A stretch of 63,646 nt of DNA, counting the filler, from Octopus bimaculoides (Eukaryota): assembly GCF_001194135.2 (NCBI RefSeq). It is 4 parts of 4 records of this genome, joined end to end, with 100 filler letters (N's around TTAATTAATTAA, not from the genome) between each part and the next. Parts side by side here need not be neighbours in the genome. Positions count along the whole stretch, not along the records: positions 50,006 to 63,646 come from NC_068994.1; 3 more parts are not named here. One strand, 5' to 3'. Below, piece by piece: positions 61,078 through 63,646 of the stretch (position 1 is the first letter of the stretch; the number at the start of each line of letters is the position of its first letter). The position numbers and the translations under genes are program-made. A model generated the notes under the pieces. The model saw only the letters and a list, made by a program, of their open reading frames with translations, did not search any database and had not been told where the DNA came from.

Positions 61078-61915
61078 TTAGTAAGAGTGTATTCGCTTGT
61101 GTTTTTCCATGTTTCCACGTAGAGAAAACTGGCGACCACATATGGCACAGTCGAAAGGTTTAACTCCAGTGTGCACCACCTGGTGCTGTCGCAGGTTACC
61201 ACGAAGACCAAATCGTCGTCCACACACGTTGCAATGGAAAGGTTTCAGGCCTTCGTGAATAGCTTGGTGCTTTTTCATGTTACCACGAAGTGTGAACATT
61301 TTGCCACATATAGGACAAGAAAAAGGTCGGTGTGTGATGTGTGTCTGCCGGTGTCGAAGCATACTCCCACGCAGTTTGAATCGCTCTCCACATAAGTCAC
61401 AGTCAAAATGGGTCATGCCATGGCAACTATCTGGTGACGCTTCAGCATCCATTGACAAGAGTCGTCTTGTGCGGCCTTCACTACTTCCTTCTTCATCACA
61501 GATATCACAATCAGATAAACATTTGCCATTGTTGTCTGACATGCTGTACTCCTGATTCATACACAAATTGCAAGGGGAGCCCAGCTTGCCATTGCACTCA
61601 ACTTCTGATGCCTTGTTAAAGAGAAAGTTCTTGCTGTCATTGCTGTTACTATTGTTGTTGCTACAGCTACTGTTGTTAGTGTTGACATTGCAACTGCTAT
61701 TGCTACTACTGCTGCTGCATTTGGTGCTGGTGCTGCCAATATGGGTAAGTTCGTGGTCCCGTAAATCATGAACATGGTAAAATCCTTTACCACATATGCT
61801 ACAGTGCTGCACCATTTCTTGGTCAGCATCGAGATCAGAATTGCAGGCTCGAGTTGCTTCTGCAAATGCATTGATGTGCATGAAAGCCGAAGAGTGCTTT
61901 TTGGAATTACTGTGC
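61078..61915 (-). CDS. C2H2 zinc-finger protein, terminal coding exon (5 fingers; first in-exon ATG at 61881)
   Basis: Uninterrupted 267-aa ORF with CxxC...HxxxH fingers at 61741-61803 and four in tandem at 61078-61401 (linkers EGLKP, TGVKP); TTTTGCAG acceptor at 61916; frame open from acceptor to ATG so the N-terminus may extend upstream. Confidence 0.92.
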
Positions 61916-61995
61916 CTGCAAAATCAACATATTAACATAAATTTATAAATTTAATAAATATATAAGTACATAAATCTAACGTACATATAAACATA

Positions 61996-62211
61996 CAAGG
62001 GCATGCTGAAAAGTTCCTGGCTTTGGGTAAAAGAAAACTAGGAGGATCAGTTAATTATGATTTTATTCAACATATTCCCTTCTCAGATTTACACACTTAT
62101 TGCAGCAGTCATTCAATTTTTCTAAGCCCTGTAAGAGAACTTGGAAGGTTGGGCCTCCAACCAGGCCTTTTGCAATACCGTTAAAGCCAGGAAATATTTA
62201 GCACACCCTCG
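61996..62211. mobile_element. mariner-type MITE in the zinc-finger intron
   Basis: TA|CAAGGGCATGCTGAAAAGTTCCTGGCTTT ... AAAGCCAGGAAATATTTAGCACACCCTCG|TA; ~29-bp TIRs, TA TSD. Confidence 0.85.
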
Positions 62212-62276
62212 TAAGTAAAAGTATACACATATTAACGCATATAAACATATATAAATAGAAATATCAAATGTGAAGG

Positions 62277-62610
62277 TGCATGGCTCAGTGGTTAGAGCAT
62301 CGGGCTTGCAATCACGAGGTAGTGAGTTTGATCCCCAGACTGGGCTGTGTGTTGTGTTCTTGAACAAGACACTTTATTTCATGTGGCTCCAGATCACACA
62401 TCTGTAAAAATGAGTTGTGACATCACTGGTGCCAAGCTGTATTGGTCTTTGCCTTTCCCTTGAATAACATTGGTGGAGGGGAGAGGGGAGGTTGGTATGC
62501 ATGGGTGGCTGCTGGTCTTCCATAAACAACTTTGCCTGGACTTGTGTCTCAGAGGGTAACTTCCTAGGTGTAATCTCATGGTCATTCATGACCGAAGGGG
62601 GTCCTTTTAT
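62277..62610 (+). mobile_element. Family C SINE, body type 3
   Basis: TGGCTCAGTGGTTAGAGC A-box, GAGTTTGATCCCC B-box-like, TGTGTTCTTGAACAAGACACTTTATTTCA core; 3' body differs from other C copies. Confidence 0.75.
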
Positions 62611-62932
62611 ATATCACATCATGTTATCTCAAATCTCTGCCAATTTAATCACTACTACAAAGCCTTCTGCACCATTTATTCTCCTTGTCAGATATTCTTA
62701 CTTTCTTAATCTCTCACAAAATATTTGGTCCTTACAGACAAAACCATATGACTCTCCACCCTCCTCTAATCCTTAACCGAAGATCTTATTTCATCTTGCC
62801 AACGCATGCACAAATTCTTTGTTATTTAACACCAAAGTAGATCTTCCTGATGCAGGATCAATAACAAGTGATATCAAAGACTGCGGAACTGCTTGTAAAC
62901 AGAGTGGCTGCAATTTCACAATTATTACTTAC

Positions 62933-62983
62933 TTCTCTCAATCTGCTGAAGCAAACAGTCAAACAGCGGTTGACTGAATGAAA
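62933..62983 (-). other. Candidate 51-nt upstream (probably 5' UTR) exon of the zinc-finger gene
   Basis: TTTGTTATAG acceptor and GAA|GTAAGT donor on minus; the frame that would join the ZF ORF contains a stop. Confidence 0.35.
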
Positions 62984-63502
62984 CTATAACAAATTACAAA
63001 TTAGTTTGGATAATACACATATCTATTTATCTAACACATAAACAAACATCAGACTAAAGACACTGCAAACACAGGGTGTATATTGGGCATTTTTCTGTTT
63101 TTGTACCACAAAATAAAGAAAAATACATGTTCATAGGTGTGTGTGTGTGTGTGTGCATACAGATATACATACATATTTATACTGGCAATTTTGAGTTATT
63201 TCTGTCAGCACATTTTCATTTTATTTATGCAAATTACCTCAGCCATAAATGTGCTCTACTCTCTTTTTGTATAAGTATCTCATTCTGCCAGAGAGAAAAT
63301 AGAGAAACTGTTGTGTTGATGATGCTCACTGAGGCAGAAACATGTGCAGGGCTGTCCTAACTGCTACCATGCAATTCAATTATCTCACCTTTTCTGGAAG
63401 CAGTGATAATTTCAATAAGTCAAAAAAAAAAAAAAATTGTATGGTTTTTAATATATACTTATTTTCAAGTATATTTATGAATATCCAAGATTTGTTTTTA
63501 GG

Positions 63503-63646
63503 ATCATCATTTAACGTCTGCTTTCCATGCTAGCATGGGTTGGATGATTTGACTGGGGACTGGTGAACCAGATGGCTACACCAGACTCCAACCTGATTTG
63601 GCAGAGTTTCTACAGCTGGATGCCCTTCCTAACACCAACCACTCTG
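63503..63646 (-). mobile_element. Family R 3' end (runs off window)
   Basis: CATCATTTAACGTCTGCTTTCCATGCTAGCATGGGTTGG...CAGCTGGATGCCCTTCCTAAC. Confidence 0.85.

Overview
AT-rich, gap-ridden animal genomic scaffold dominated by microsatellites and retroposon fragments. The repeat families resemble those I recall from Octopus-like cephalopods (inference, not verified). Only one coding exon is clearly supported: a minus-strand C2H2 zinc-finger exon (61078-61915) with five fingers, four sharing an LRG(N/S) recognition helix. Recurrent interspersed families were defined by comparing copies within the window: A = tRNA-like SINE with a Deu/Nin-like core and three alternative tails; B = tRNA/CORE-like SINE with an internal microsatellite; C = tRNA/CORE-like head with several different bodies; R = element ending in an RTE-like 3' motif and (GAT)n; E and F = unclassified retroposon 3' ends. 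Decayed coding remnants come from piggyBac, CRE-like, CR1-like, L1/Tx1, RTE, mariner and hATm-like elements. There is also a 1.2 kb solo LTR, Helentron-type non-autonomous elements, a 21-bp satellite with 63-bp higher-order structure, several long foldbacks and two CpG-rich promoter-like islands. Almost all ORFs in the six-frame track are microsatellite or gap artefacts. No new biological system is demonstrated. The best leads are the homotypic zinc-finger array, a 235-bp hairpin downstream of it, and a foldback carrying a degenerate hammerhead-like motif. TE family names rest on recalled consensus motifs and need database confirmation; repeat boundaries are approximate to about 10 bp.
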